From: Eledone cirrhosa
Lineage: Eukaryota
NCBI GenBank assembly: GCA_964016885.1
Contig: OZ024743.1
Location: forward strand, 312,480,001-312,544,000
Length of the DNA stretch: 64,000 nucleotides
Direction of reading: 5' to 3'
Position numbers and translations under genes: made by a program. Under the pieces are notes generated by a model. The model was not told the origin of the DNA and made no database searches. It was given only the letters and a program-made list of their open reading frames with translations. Below, piece by piece: positions 11,298 to 24,552 of this stretch (positions are counted from its first letter, which is position 1; each line of letters opens with the position of its first letter).

Positions 11298-14200
11298 TTA
11301 ATTGTAAGTTGTGATGTTGCTGTTCCACTCATATTTTCTATTTAATTTTGGTTTTAATTCTTTTATGCTTACTGCCTCTGTAATTTGCCTAAACATTGCG
11401 TCTTTTCTGTGTGTGGATTCTATTTTTATTTCTATGCTCTCTAATCTACCCCTGTGTTCTATCTTAGCATGTTGGTAGAGCACAGATGATTCTTTATTAT
11501 CTTGGAGGTCTCGCCAGTGTTCATTTATTCGTTCCCCTATACTACGAGCTGTCTCACCTATGTACACTATATTTTTGTTTCTACATTGTCCTTCAGTACA
11601 TCTTATGCTATACACTACATTTCTAGTTTTACAGTTAATATGGGGGCTTATTTTACAGGTTATACATTTCTTATCTATACATGAGGGTCTTTGGAACGGG
11701 TATGTCTTGCTAATAAGTGTTTTTACGGAGGTACCAGGTCTTTCTACTATCTTAATATTGAGATTATGTTTATTTAGGGCCCTTCTAAATTTGTAGGCTA
11801 GTTCGCCTCTAGGGGTTGTATTGATGAACATTACACTCTGGTATTTATTGCTATCATACCATGAGTTTATTCTATTGGCCTTGTTCCTAGTTCTTTCTAT
11901 TCTATTCCAAAATTTGCTCCTATACAAGGGGCAGGTCCCATTTATGTCATTATTTACCATTTTTTCCCATTTGGTTCTGGCTCCTTTATACACTCTGATT
12001 CTATCTCTCTGATTGTAGCCAGAGAACTGCATACGGTGGATGAAGTGTTGTATGTGTCTCTCTAGTTCTTCGGGGTTGCACATGCGGGACACATTTCTCA
12101 TCACCCGTACCAAATCCGCAATCAGTATGTTGATTTTGGTATGGTCCGAAATGGCCGAGTTTCGGTGGATCAGATGTTTGGAAGTCATGGGTTTGGCATA
12201 ATGGGAATGGAGGATTTGGTTTTGGTTGTTAATGGTATCTAACCAGAGCTCTGTGTCTAGTACAGGTAATCGATGGTTGGGGTGTCTACTTGGGTAGTCT
12301 ATAGTAACTCTAATGCTCTGGTGGATGGAGTTTGCTATTTGCTGGATGCTTTCCATTGTGTTTTTCTCTAGTTCGTGACTGTTCTTTAGTGGGGTGTCTT
12401 AACTACGATGTTTATATCATCTACGTAGCGGGAGTACATTATCAGGGTTAAGCTGTCTTCTAATTGTTCATTAAGTTTTTGTTTAAGTCTACTGTCCCAC
12501 CATACCATGAATAAGTTAGCTATGTCGCCTGCAATGCTAACACCAATGGCTGCTCCTTCCTCTTGGGCATATGTTTTACCATTAAATTTGAACATATGTT
12601 CCTTAAGGGTTAATTTTATGCTGGCCCCTACCGCATGTGCAATCATTTTCTTCAGTTCATCGTGGTTTTCGGGTGTCCGTATGGCTCTGGTCCACCCGTT
12701 CCATCTATCTGTGTGGGTTTTCTTGGCCATTGAGGTAATGGTAGGTGGTCTGCCTCTTGCTGGTCTTGTAGGGCACAGGTTTCTAAGGTCATAAGTGTCT
12801 AGGTAACTATTACTATGGGTAAGCTTAAGTAGAAGTCCCAGCTCACTGGTATCAATCCCACGGAACTCAACCTTGCTCTCGCTGATCATTTCTACGCATT
12901 TCTCCACAGCAAAATCCACGTCAATAGATGGATACAGGGACACAACATCCATACTGCCTATTATGAAGTTTGTTAGGTCCCCAGATCGGTTACCCGCGCC
13001 GATTCTGCTGAGGAGGTCCTCCGTGCTGTCACACACATCTGGGGACATCTCAATGATGGGGCGTATGATCAGGGAGAGGAAGTAGGACAGTCTGTAGTTA
13101 CTAGCAATGTTAGCCCCACAGACTGGCCGTGTTGGTGGTCCCGCGACAGGGTCCCAGCCCGTTTTATGGTCTTTTCGAAGCCCATACAACGCCGGCACGT
13201 CATTGTTCCAGGCCTGGAAGTTGTTGGCAGTCCTTTTGTTGGGCTGCATTATATTTGTCCACATCACCATATGGGCATTGAGGGCTTTTTCTCTATCCTC
13301 ATGCTCCTGTGGTGTTACCTCTCTTGTGTTGGTGATGTGGGGTTGCATTGCCTGGATGTAGTTTGGCAGGCTGTCAACCGACATTCTGCCAGACTTGTCT
13401 GTTGGAAAGCATGCTATCTCTCCATTACGCGAGCGCTGCATGAGCTTACGCAAGCCATTTGCAGATTCTTCTCCCAGTTGCTGGGCCTCTATTCTGTTAT
13501 GCTTCTTGCTATACTGTTCTATAATATTTCTAAGTTCGGATTTAGCTATACTAAATTGTGCTTCTGTTTGTTCATCGACCTGCGACGGCAACTGCGTGCG
13601 TTTGTTAAATGGCAAAGTCGTGGCGTGGACTCGTCGTAGGTCGAATGATTTATCGGAGGGGTTATAAAACGGAGAGTTCCAGGCTGCTGCTTTATGTGTA
13701 CTAGTGCTATTATTATTGTTAGTTGTGTTGTTTCTATTTCCATCAACAGCCTCAGCTTCATGGTTGTTTCTATGTCTCTCATAATTACTCCTGTCTCTTT
13801 CCACTGGCTCAATGTTGTTATCTACCCTATTTTGTGTGTCTGTGTGTTCGTCTTGGTTATTCTCTTTGTCCTTAGTCTCCCATCTCCTTTTCCTTTTAAT
13901 CCTATTACTTTCTCTTATTTCTGATTTCTGTGCTACTGTCATTACTTGTTTTCTGTGTCTGTGTGTTTGTTAAGATTGTGGTGGTGGTGAGAGGCGTTGA
14001 ATGCGTGTGTGTTGTTGTTGTTGATGTGTGTTGTTGTTGATGTGTGTTGTTGTTGATGTGTGTTGTTGTTGTCTCCGTGTGTGTGTGTGTCATCGTTGTT
14101 GTGTGTGTTGTTATTGTTGTTTGTGTCTGCGTGTCTGTTGTTGTTGTATCTGGGTATGTTGCTATTGTTGTTGTTGTTGATGTGTGTGTTGTTGTTATTG

Positions 14201-15102
14201 TTGTCTCCGTGTGTGTTATCGTTGTTGTGTGTGTTGTTATTGTTGTTTGTGTCTGCGTGTCTGTTGTTGTTGTATCTGGGTATGTTGCTATTGTTGTTGT
14301 TGTATCTGGGTATGTTGCTATTGTTGTTGTTGTATCTGGGTATGTTGCTATTGTTGTTGTTGTTGTTATTGTTGTTTGTGTCTGTGTGTCTGTTGTTGTT
14401 GGGATGTGTGTTGTATATGTGTGTGCGTATATTGTTGCTTTTGTTTTTGATGCTCCAGCGTAGTTTTGTAAATGATTTTTCTATTTCTGACAGACAACTA
14501 ATCATATTTACCTTCTTGAATGTCGCAAATTTGGGTGGCAGACGTAACACAGACATTTCATTATTATCTATTTCCGTGTTTCCATAAATGTTGGTATTTT
14601 CGTTGTTGAACTCTTCAGATAATGAGGTGTCGGCCATGTTGATACCGTCAATTTTGTCGGGATATCTATTGGTATACTCTATAGTATCCCGATTTAGCTT
14701 TGCCTGTTTAAGCCACTTTAATTTTCTGTTAAAGTGCTTATCACATTCTTGAGTAATGTACTGTTCTTCGGGGCGTATAAGGCTTATAAATGTTAGTTTT
14801 TCTGCTGGTGTGGTGATTTTAGATATTTCTTGTATTAGGTTACGCTTTAGTTTTTCTTGATGACTTAATTCTCTATAGATCTTCTTTTTTATGTTTAGAA
14901 TTAAAGTTCGTTTTAGCCTATCTGCTTGTTTTTTGGTGAGTTGTAATCTTCTAACGTCGGTATTGATGGTGTTGGTGTAGATTCTAGAAGTGGTGCACAG
15001 TTTTATGAAGCGTAGTTGTCGAGATGTTATGGTTTTTCGTAGACAACAGAACATGGTGGTTTTCAGTATCTTGTTAGCCTGGCTAAGGCTTACGATATTT
15101 CG
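11298..15102 (-). CDS. PLE polyprotein (N-terminal domain, Asn/His/Thr-rich linker, RT, GIY-YIG), split by two single-base frameshifts (~13943, ~12392)
   Basis: ORF-track segments of 370, 518 and 352 aa are collinear. Removing one C from CCCC at ~12392 gives KTPLKNSHELEKNTMES. Adding one A at ~13946 joins the first two segments. Confidence 0.85.
13960..14440 (-). repeat. Coding minisatellite inside the PLE ORF (SNIPRYNNNN units and a longer duplicated block)
   Basis: GTTGTTGTATCTGGGTATGTTGCTATT repeated four times, plus (TTG)n and (TG)n. Confidence 0.9.
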
Positions 15103-15121
15103 TAAGCCTTAGCCAGGAACA

Positions 15122-15712
15122 AGGAACAAGGCCAATAGAATAAACTCATGGTATGATAGCAATAAATACCAGAGTGTAATGTTCATCAATACAACCCCTA
15201 GAGGCGAACTAGCCTACAAATTTAGAAGGGCCCTAAATAAACATAATCTCAATATTAAGATAGTAGAAAGACCTGGTACCTCCGTAAAAACACTTATTAG
15301 CAAGACATACCCGTTCCAAAGACCCTCATGTATAGATAAGAAATGTATAACCTGTAAAATAAGCCCCCATATTAACTGTAAAACTAGAAATGTAGTGTAT
15401 AGCATAAGATGTACTGAAGGACAATGTAGAAACAAAAATATAGTGTACATAGGTGAGACAGCTCGTAGTATAGGGGAACGAATAAATGAACACTGGCGAG
15501 ACCTCCAAGATAATAAAGAATCATCTGTGCTCTACCAACATGCTAAGATAGAACACAGGGGTAGATTAGAGAGCATAGAAATAAAAATAGAATCCACACA
15601 CAGAAAAGACGCAATGTTTAGGCAAATTACAGAGGCAGTAAGCATAAAAGAATTAAAACCAAAATTAAATAGAAAATATGAGTGGAACAGCAACATCACA
15701 ACTTACAATTAA
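15122..15712 (+). CDS. Duplicated GIY-YIG coding segment in the inverted pLTR (not an independent gene)
   Basis: The 177-aa ORF is identical to the C-terminus of the 11298-12356 ORF. Confidence 0.9.
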   Translation, partial: RNKANRINSWYDSNKYQSVMFINTTPRGELAYKFRRALNKHNLNIKIVERPGTSVKTLISKTYPFQRPSCIDKKCITCKISPHINCKTRNVVYSIRCTEGQCRNKNIVYIGETARSIGERINEHWRDLQDNKESSVLYQHAKIEHRGRLESIEIKIESTHRKDAMFRQITEAVSIKELKPKLNRKYEWNSNITTYN

Positions 15713-16019
15713 GGACAAAATGAAAACACACACACACATAGAACAAACAACTTACAATTGAAAACACACACAAAATGAAAACACACACAGGACAAAATGA
15801 AAACACACACACACATAGAACAAACAACCAACCAACAATAAATAAATAAATAAATAAACAAATAGAAAAATATAAATAGAAAAATAGAAAAATGAACACA
15901 AACACACACAGACACCCGGATGTGGCGCATGCGCAAACTGAGCACACAACACACACACAGAAACAAAATGGCGTAGGATAGAAGAAAGGAAAGGCACAGA
16001 AACGAAGAAAGGAATCCCC

Positions 16020-16064
16020 AGTCACTGAAGAGGTCACAGAGTGTGTGACGAAAGGACTATGACT
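16020..16064 (+). ncRNA. Hammerhead-like motif in the inverted pLTR
   Basis: Mirror copy of 10946-10990: stem I AGTCA/TGACT, core CTGAAGA...GAAA, 6-bp stem II. Confidence 0.65.
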
Positions 16065-16278
16065 ATATATATAAACAACTATCTGGTTGTGGAACCAACC
16101 AACCAACCAGAAATTTATAAGTTTGTAGATATATAAATTTATAAATATATAATAAATTGAAGTGAAAGCAACTGGTGCGTGTGTTTCTTATTGGCAACAT
16201 GACCCTCCCAAAGTATAACAATATCGGTTTCAACACACGATTTCAGATAAAGAATCTTGCTAAACAAATTCAGAAACG

Positions 16279-16338
<60 letters not shown>

Positions 16339-16564
16339 ATATATACAATATATTAACAAATGGAAACTATATTTATAAAACCATATTTATTTCATATGAA
16401 ATATGTATAATGAAATAAATATGGTTTTATAAATATAGTATCCATTTGTTAATATATTGTATGTTTACTCCAATAATTTGTTGTGTGCTTTATATCAGTT
16501 ATAAAAATACTTTGCTTGTTGTATCCCAACAAATTAAATATAACCTCTACATATATATATATAT

Positions 16565-19310
16565 ATGTAGATACATCTACCAAAATGTACGGTAGTGTCC
16601 AATCCGTATGAAGAACTCAATGTAATCCGAATATCATGAAAAGAGAAGATGTATTCAAAAAAATTTTTTCCGATGAAAAATACAGGAAAACAGAGTCAAG
16701 ATAAATTAATAAAAATAATGAATAAAAACAAAGAAACAGTTCCTTATATTAAAAAATTCATCATTTTACGATCGTTTCTAGGATATATATGTTTGTGTTG
16801 GTATGTATATCATATAGATCTATGTAAAATGTTTACAAACTATCAGAGGGAATATACATACCTACACATATATATGCTGTCTTCAGAAATAATGATATTT
16901 GTTTATTGAAAAAAACCAACAAAGATTTAATATAATAGGTCTGTTTGGGAACAGGTTTTGAATTGACCAATAGAAAGGTAGTAAGTGGTCAAGATGGTAG
17001 AATAGTAGTAATAGAACTTTAATTTAGGGGTAGAGGGAAGCAGATTTCTGTTTTGAATGGAAAGAGTATGATGAATGAAAAGATTATTTTAGGGGTGAAA
17101 ATAGGTCAAGTCGGTAAAAGGTACACGAAAAATTGATGTTATAAAAGAATAATGCTAATGTAAATATCTAAGGAGAATAAAATTTTACGTTAAATGTATT
17201 AGTGAAAAATATCAATCTTATTTAAAATATAAGGAATTTACATCTATAAAAAGAAAATAAATTAATTAAATTGATAGGTATATTTATATTGATAAATTTA
17301 TATTAATTCATATAGATATGATAAATAAGAGTTAGATGTAATTGAAGAGTGCTGTTAAAAACGAAGGGAAAATTAAAAAAATAATAATTATTATTATTGG
17401 GGGCGGGGGGTAAATTTATTAGTGAGAAATAACAAATTTATATAGATTATAAGGAACATAGAATCATAACCTGAAATTAGAATAGTTTATATGTATACTT
17501 ATTGGTATAAATTTTAGGAAAAGATAGCCATAAAAGGGAAATAAAATTATGCAGTTCATTAGTAGTAGAATATTAATTATAGGTTAACTAATTTAAAAAA
17601 AGTGTTATTATAATAATTTCTAAGGTGTATATTAATTAGGTTTATAATATTTAAAAGTTCTTCTCAGTTTATGATTACATGATATAATTAATTCCTATCG
17701 TTTATTTAATAGGATATCCTTAGATTTCATTATTTCAAAAAGTTCCTGGGAACATAATCTACATTCATATCTATTATTTTGATAAGGGGTGGCCTTTTTG
17801 AGCACACTCCAGGTTAGGTTATAATCTATATTCCTTTTTCTATAATTATTAATTATTTCAGCTAAAGATGTCGTATTAGCTAATGCGGCATTTTTAAAAC
17901 TGTGTTTGTGGGTATTAAATCTTACTTTAAATTGGTTAGAAGTAGCTCCTATATATGAATAAGTTGAGTCCTTAGTGTTAACTTTACATTTATATACTAT
18001 GTTATTAATAAGGCAATTTCCTTTTAATGGGCAATTTGCTTTGTTTCTACAGTTACAACCTTTCGTGAATGCTGTATGAGAGGAGATAGTCAAATTAGGT
18101 GTGGAATTTTCACGACTTGTTGTATGTGAATGAGATGGTGGTTTAGTGTGGTTTATTTTAGTATTATGGTTAGTTTGATGTATTGGTGGTATATTCATGT
18201 TTTTTTTTACATTTATATGCATTATAGGCACTTATATTTTGTTGTATACTTTTGGTTGTTGAGTAGGAGAATTTAACCGTTGATCTATTTAAAATTAGAT
18301 GGTATTTGTGGTTTGGCGGGAAGTTTTTCTCTAGGATAGTAAAACATCTTTTAGGTATATTATCTTTAATTTGTAGATTAAATGGAGCATTATACCAAGT
18401 AACTCGTCTATTACGGTTTCGATGTTGTGTATTATTTTTATAGGATGTATCCTGATGTTTATTAAGAGAATTATTGTTAATGATTTTATTACACATATTT
18501 TTAGTTAGATTCATTGATTTAGGTGTTTTAGCCTGTTTATTAGGAATTGTATTATTAACATATATTGGAGTATTAGGATGAATAGTTTTTTGAAAGTTAC
18601 TATATTGTATATTAGAAGAGTTAGAGAAATTAAGTTTTATGTTGGTATTTTGGGGTATAGTGTGAGTGGCATTTAGGTGTGTATATTTCATTTGGTGTTT
18701 GTTGGTAATATTGGGTTGTATGTTTGTAGTGTTATTGGTACAAGGTATATATACTAATTTATTTTTGTGGCCACTTCTAGCTAAAGCTTTGTTATAAAAG
18801 GTCGCATTTATATCAAATACATCCTGGTTAGACGAAAGGTTAGAAATTCTGAGTGAGATATTATATGCTAGGTTTTTAAGGATAGATTTAGGGTGATTAG
18901 ATTGTGAGTGTATGTAATGTAAGTTTTGGTTAGGTTTATGGTAAGGTTGGTAGATACCCCTAGATAAGTCTAATGTTATATCAAGGAAATTAACTACTTT
19001 ACTTGTGTTTTCAAATGTAATATCTAGACTATAATAGTCTTTGAGGAAAGTTCTAATAAGTTTTTTTATTTTTTTCAATTTCTGATAGGCTAAGGTTATT
19101 GGAAAGAAGAAGACAGTCGTCACGATATAAACCCCCTTTAAGGTGGGGAAAAGAAGAATTTATGTTAAATAGAAGAAAGAGGCCCACAAGATTGGTAATT
19201 TGGGCAGAATCACTTGAGCCCATAGTAATGTCGAATAGATTACTATATGTGTTTCTGGTCCAGTATTCTTTTTGAAATTCCAGTAGTGTTTGTCTAGCAT
19301 GTGTGATTTA
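16565..19310 (-). mobile_element. Degenerate 5'-truncated PLE (RT C-half, GIY-YIG, long AT-rich 3' UTR, hammerhead at 16763-16890)
   Basis: YRDD, VVNFLDITLDL, YHKPN...YIHSQSNHP, WYNAPF, CNCRNKANCPL, IVYKCKV...YIGATSNQFKVRFNTH. Frameshifts present. Confidence 0.9.
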
Positions 19311-19385
19311 TTGGCAAGAAGTTTTTTGAATAATAAAAGACGGGTTAAAGCAACCTACAATATATCTGTAAATATATATATATAT

Positions 19386-19803
<418 letters not shown>

Positions 19804-19979
19804 CATATATATAAGTAGAAGTGGTATTTAATTTGTTGGAAGTCCGACAAATATAAATGTTTATAATTGATTTAGAGCACTCAACAGTTTATTGGAGTAA
19901 ATATTCAATGATATTAAATAAATGGAAACTATGTTTATAAAACCATATTTATTTTATTATATATATTTCAAGGATTAAA

Positions 19980-20075
19980 GGTTAACTTTGCCTTTCATCC
20001 TTACAGGGTCGATAACATAAAGTACCAGTAATACACTGGGGAACTGCTGGCCTTGTGCCAAAAGTAGAAACAATT
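19980..20075 (+). mobile_element. SINE family A 3' fragment
   Basis: GTTAACTTTGCCTTTCATCC...GGCCTTGTGCCAAAAGTAGAAACAATTA. Confidence 0.8.
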
Positions 20076-20451
20076 ATATATATTTCAAGGGCAACCAAAA
20101 TAACATTGGTGCGCTTGTTAATTTCTTCTCTCTAGCTCTCTCGTAATATTTTTTATTTTTCTCTCTCTCTTTCTCCAGTGTCATTTAAATAAACGCTTGT
20201 TTTTCAATTATTTACATATTCATTTGCATATTCACACATAAGTTTGAATAATCCCTGATATATTTCCACTATCCAGTGAATTTCCACCCGATAAGGTATG
20301 ATTTTCATGGGTATGTCTCTATTTATAAAACAAACTTTGTATTTTATCTGATGTAAGCGCACCAATGTTATCTTGGTTGCCCTTGAAATATATATAATAA
20401 AATAAATATGGTTTTATAAATATAGTTTCCATTTATTTAATATCATTGAAT

Positions 20452-23345
20452 CTATTAAGGATTCTAACGCCGTGCACGTCCATTCCGACAAAACTGGCAA
20501 TCTATATCAAGTGGAGCGCAGTACTTACCATCAACTATTAAATAATGCTGTAACTAAGGATTACCGTAAAACTAATCGGTGCGTCATCAATGAAATCAAC
20601 GTTGCTGGGTTTAAAATCACATCTGATCTCAACATCCTGGACCGGACCGAACCTCTGGACCCTATCTCTCCCCACTTTACCCTGAAGGATCACAAATCCA
20701 ATTTTCCGAACAACCCCTCTATTCGGCTTATTAACCCTACGAAGGCCGATTTAGGTAGACTTAGTAAAACGATTCTTGATAGAATTATACCTGAAATTAG
20801 AAGTTTGGCCCCTCTCGCACTGTGGAACAATTCTTTCGCGGTGATTGATTGGTTCAACGGCATATGTAACAAGGAACATTGCCGTTTTATCCAATTCGAC
20901 ATCAACAATTACTACTCCTCCACCACTTTACCACTTCTCCTTAGAGCTATCAATTTCGCTAAAACACTCACAGTGGTTGAGGATTTTGAAGTTGATGTCA
21001 TCCTTAATGCCCGAAAGTCGGTGATTAATTTCGACGACTCTATTTGGATTAAAAAATCCAATAGTACCCCATTCGACGTGAGTATGGGCGCCAGTGACTC
21101 TGCGGAGGTTACTGATCTTATTGGCCTTTTCCTTCTTTTCTCTATCAAGGACGAATTCCCCAACGCGGGCGGTGGTTTGTACCGTGACGATGGTCTTTTG
21201 ACCATGACTAAGTGCGGACCTCGTGCTTGCGACAGGTTCAGAAAAGAACTCACAGCCTTCTTTAAAGGCTTCAACCTCTCTATACAGGTTGAGGCCAATC
21301 TCTCGGTCGTTAATTACCTCGACGTTACCCTCAATTTATTGAATGGGTTGTATTACCCGTATAGAAAGCCGAATGATACGCTTAATTACATAAGTAAGCA
21401 TTCCAACCATCCTGCCAGCATAACCAAGAACCTGGTAAGAAACGTTTCGTTGAGGCTTTCCCGTCTTTCCACCAACGAGCGCATTTTCAACGACCATTCC
21501 ACTTATTACAATGAAGCTCTTGCTCGAAGTGGATTTGTCGATAAGGTAGCATATACAGAGTACGAAAATAGACCTAGAAGAAATAGATCCCGTCGCATTT
21601 GTTGGTTTAACCCACCATAAAATATGGAGGTGGCCACACCATTAGCTAAGATCTTTCTTTCCCTTATTACGAAGCATTTTCCCCCTACACATAAATATAG
21701 TAACATTTTTAATAGAAATACTATTAAAATTTCTTACTCTACGACTCCCAACCTTGCACATAACATCACAGCTTCAAATTTAGCTAAACTACCTAGCCGA
21801 AGGAACACGTGCAACCCTGTAGTTAGTACTAACTGTAATTGTAGGAATCGGGCTGATTGCCCCCTATCCGGGAAATGCCTCTCTAGTAACATTGTCTACA
21901 AATGTAAGGTTGTAACACCCACGTCCCGTAGGGCCTACATAGGGTTAACCGCCAATAGTTTCAAGCAGCGTCTTTACATGCATACCCATTCTTTTCGTTA
22001 CCCTCTAAGAAGGAATATGACGTCACTTTCAGCTTATATCTGGAGTCTAAAAGACAACCACACCCAATATAAGTTACACTGGGAGATCCTAGCTAGGGCT
22101 AGATCGTATAACGGAAATAAAAGACCATGTGACCTCTGCGCCGCTGAGGCCCTGGAAATACTCTACGCTACAGACCACATCTTAAACAAAAAATCTGAGG
22201 CAATTTCGGCTTGTAAACATAAATTGCACAAAACTTTCCTGTATTACAGCCCCACGTTATACCCTAACGGATAGCACGATCTATACGTGGATATTTTACG
22301 TCTTGATGTGGGAGCTAAGTATATGTTTTGTTTATTCCTTTACTTATTTGCATAGGTAAGTATATATTACCCGTATGTTTTGTGAAGGTATGTATACCTT
22401 CTCGTACGTATATTTGACTGTTATAGCGTATAATTTTTACATATTTTGGTATTTAGGGTTTGGCTATGTGTATACGGGAGTTTTGCGTCCGCGTGAGTGT
22501 GCAGGTTCGTACGTATGGTGGGTGTGTGTATATGTGTACTTCTTGTTGTAGTTGACTTACGTCTCCGAACATTCGTGTATTTATATGTAGGTATGCGTGT
22601 GCGCTTGTTATATACGTATTTATTTACTTATATACGTTTATATAATTATTTATTTATTTGTACACAAGCATACACACACACACATATTTATATGTGCGTG
22701 GTTTTGTATACCCATGGTAAGGTTTTGCGTATGCTTGTGTATGTACGTATCTGTTTGCGTGTATGTATTTATTTGTTTCTATTACTTCTGTATTGCATTT
22801 ATTTAATTTGTCCTTAACTCTGTAGCGGAGATTCATTTGGTCTCCTAGTTAGAATTTTAGTCTACGATTTATGCTATACCATTTACGTGGTTTTTTCTTT
22901 GCGTGCTATTGTTCTCCACGATCCACATATGACTTATTATCTTCGTTTTTTCGTTCATTGCCAGAGAACGTCTCTATGCACCACCTAAGATAACATTAGT
23001 CTACGACCTCTTTTATACCATAAACGTGGTTCTGTCTTTGCGCGTAATTGTTTTTCACCGCTCCTATTATTGACGTATTATTCGTTTTTTCCCGTTCTTT
23101 GCCAGCGAACGTTACCACGAACCAAAGTATCGTCTTCCTGTCTTCCTCCGGTTGCAACGTTTTTTGAAATATCCAGTTCTGCGTTTACAGATTGACTTTG
23201 TTAGTTTCAGAAGATCCCGTTAAGGGTGAAAGCAGCGATTCTTTGCTTAAACTTTAATCTGTTATTTTAATAAATATATGCTCTACGGTTCTTATATATT
23301 TGATATATATTTTCCTTATCGAGCCCTCTTTGGATTTTAGTCTTC
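20452..23345 (+). mobile_element. 5'-truncated PLE (RT + GIY-YIG ORF 20452-22274 with one in-frame TAA at 21618-21620) plus 3' UTR
   Basis: SDKTGN, TLKDHK, IRLINP, QFDINNYY, MGA, LYRDDGL, VVNYLDV, WFNPP*N (expected Y), CNCRNRADCPL, YIGLTANSFKQR. Confidence 0.92.
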
Positions 23346-23384
23346 AATTTTATTATTATTACTATATATATATATATATATATA

Positions 23385-24250
23385 TGAAAACAGGGAGAAA
23401 GAGACGAATATGAGGAAGAAAAATTTTTTTTTTTTCCTTTTTTTTGTCTCTCTCTCTCTTTTTTCTGGGTTAGAAAATGATTAAAACGAAATGTTTTACT
23501 TTGTGTGAAGTGTTAAGGTATTAGTTGATTTATTTACTATTTAACAATGGCATTTATTTATCTATTTATATATTTAATTATTGTCTATTACCGGTTTCTG
23601 CATTTATATGCATTATCAAATGATAGTGAAATGTATTAGTGTGGTGTCGCACATGTTAAACAGAAGGTGCAGAAAGAATAATGTTATATACAAACAAGGT
23701 TTAAGAAGTGAAAAGAAAAAAGAAAAGGGAAAAAAACATGCATAATATGGAACGTAAAAAGTCAATGTGGAAGAAAAGTTAATGTTATTTACAAGCACAG
23801 TCAGTTGAAGTTAAGCAGTTCAAAATGTGTTAATATCGCAAGAGTGTTTAGCTGAACCATGGTTCCGTGAAGGAGGCAAATGGTGGACTGTGGTTTGATA
23901 TGATTTCCCTTTTTAGAGAGTTAATATGCAGGGGGAAGTAATTCTTGCTGGGTGATATTTAATTTATTTAAGAAAAGGATTAGGTAGGGTGTGATGGAGG
24001 TAACTCTTGTAAATGTTTGATGGTTTGTTGGAGTTTTAGAAATTTCCAAATTTCAGGGCATTGAGTACTGGTTGAAATTTATTAATGAAATGTGTTTCCT
24101 TATTGGTGCGTTGGATGAAAGTAGCGTTGTCTATGAATTTGTAAATGGGGGAAATTTCAAAGTTTGGAAGTTGGTTGAGAGCACAATTGGCGATATGTTC
24201 ACTAAATGCAATCTTTCTGTATTCCTGTATTTTAATCGTGTGCCTCCTCT
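23385..24250 (-). mobile_element. PLE 3' fragment (GIY-YIG C-terminus and 3' UTR)
   Basis: Minus strand ~24240-24050 reads YRKIAFSEHIANC...KETHFINKFQPVLN. Degenerate hammerhead ...GAAAC-CG-GTA at ~23588-23620. Confidence 0.65.
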
Positions 24251-24255
24251 CCTCA

Positions 24256-24401
<146 letters not shown>

Positions 24402-24552
24402 GGATACTATTTATGGTTATGTATATACTAAAACTTTTTATAGTTATGTATATTTTAAACCCTAAACAGTGAAGGTCAGTAATTTATTATTACCTTATTA
24501 CCAGTAAGATGAATAGCTCAATGTAATAACATCATTTGTTCTACAGAGCAGT

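Noticed and set aside
14044-14587. Hydrophobic/Cys-rich plus-strand ORFs resembling membrane or metallothionein proteins
   Set aside because: Antisense shadows of the Asn-rich PLE minisatellite.
21618-21620. Recoded stop (selenocysteine-type PLE)
   Set aside because: The stop is TAA at an expected Tyr position, not TGA at a Cys. A simple nonsense mutation suffices.
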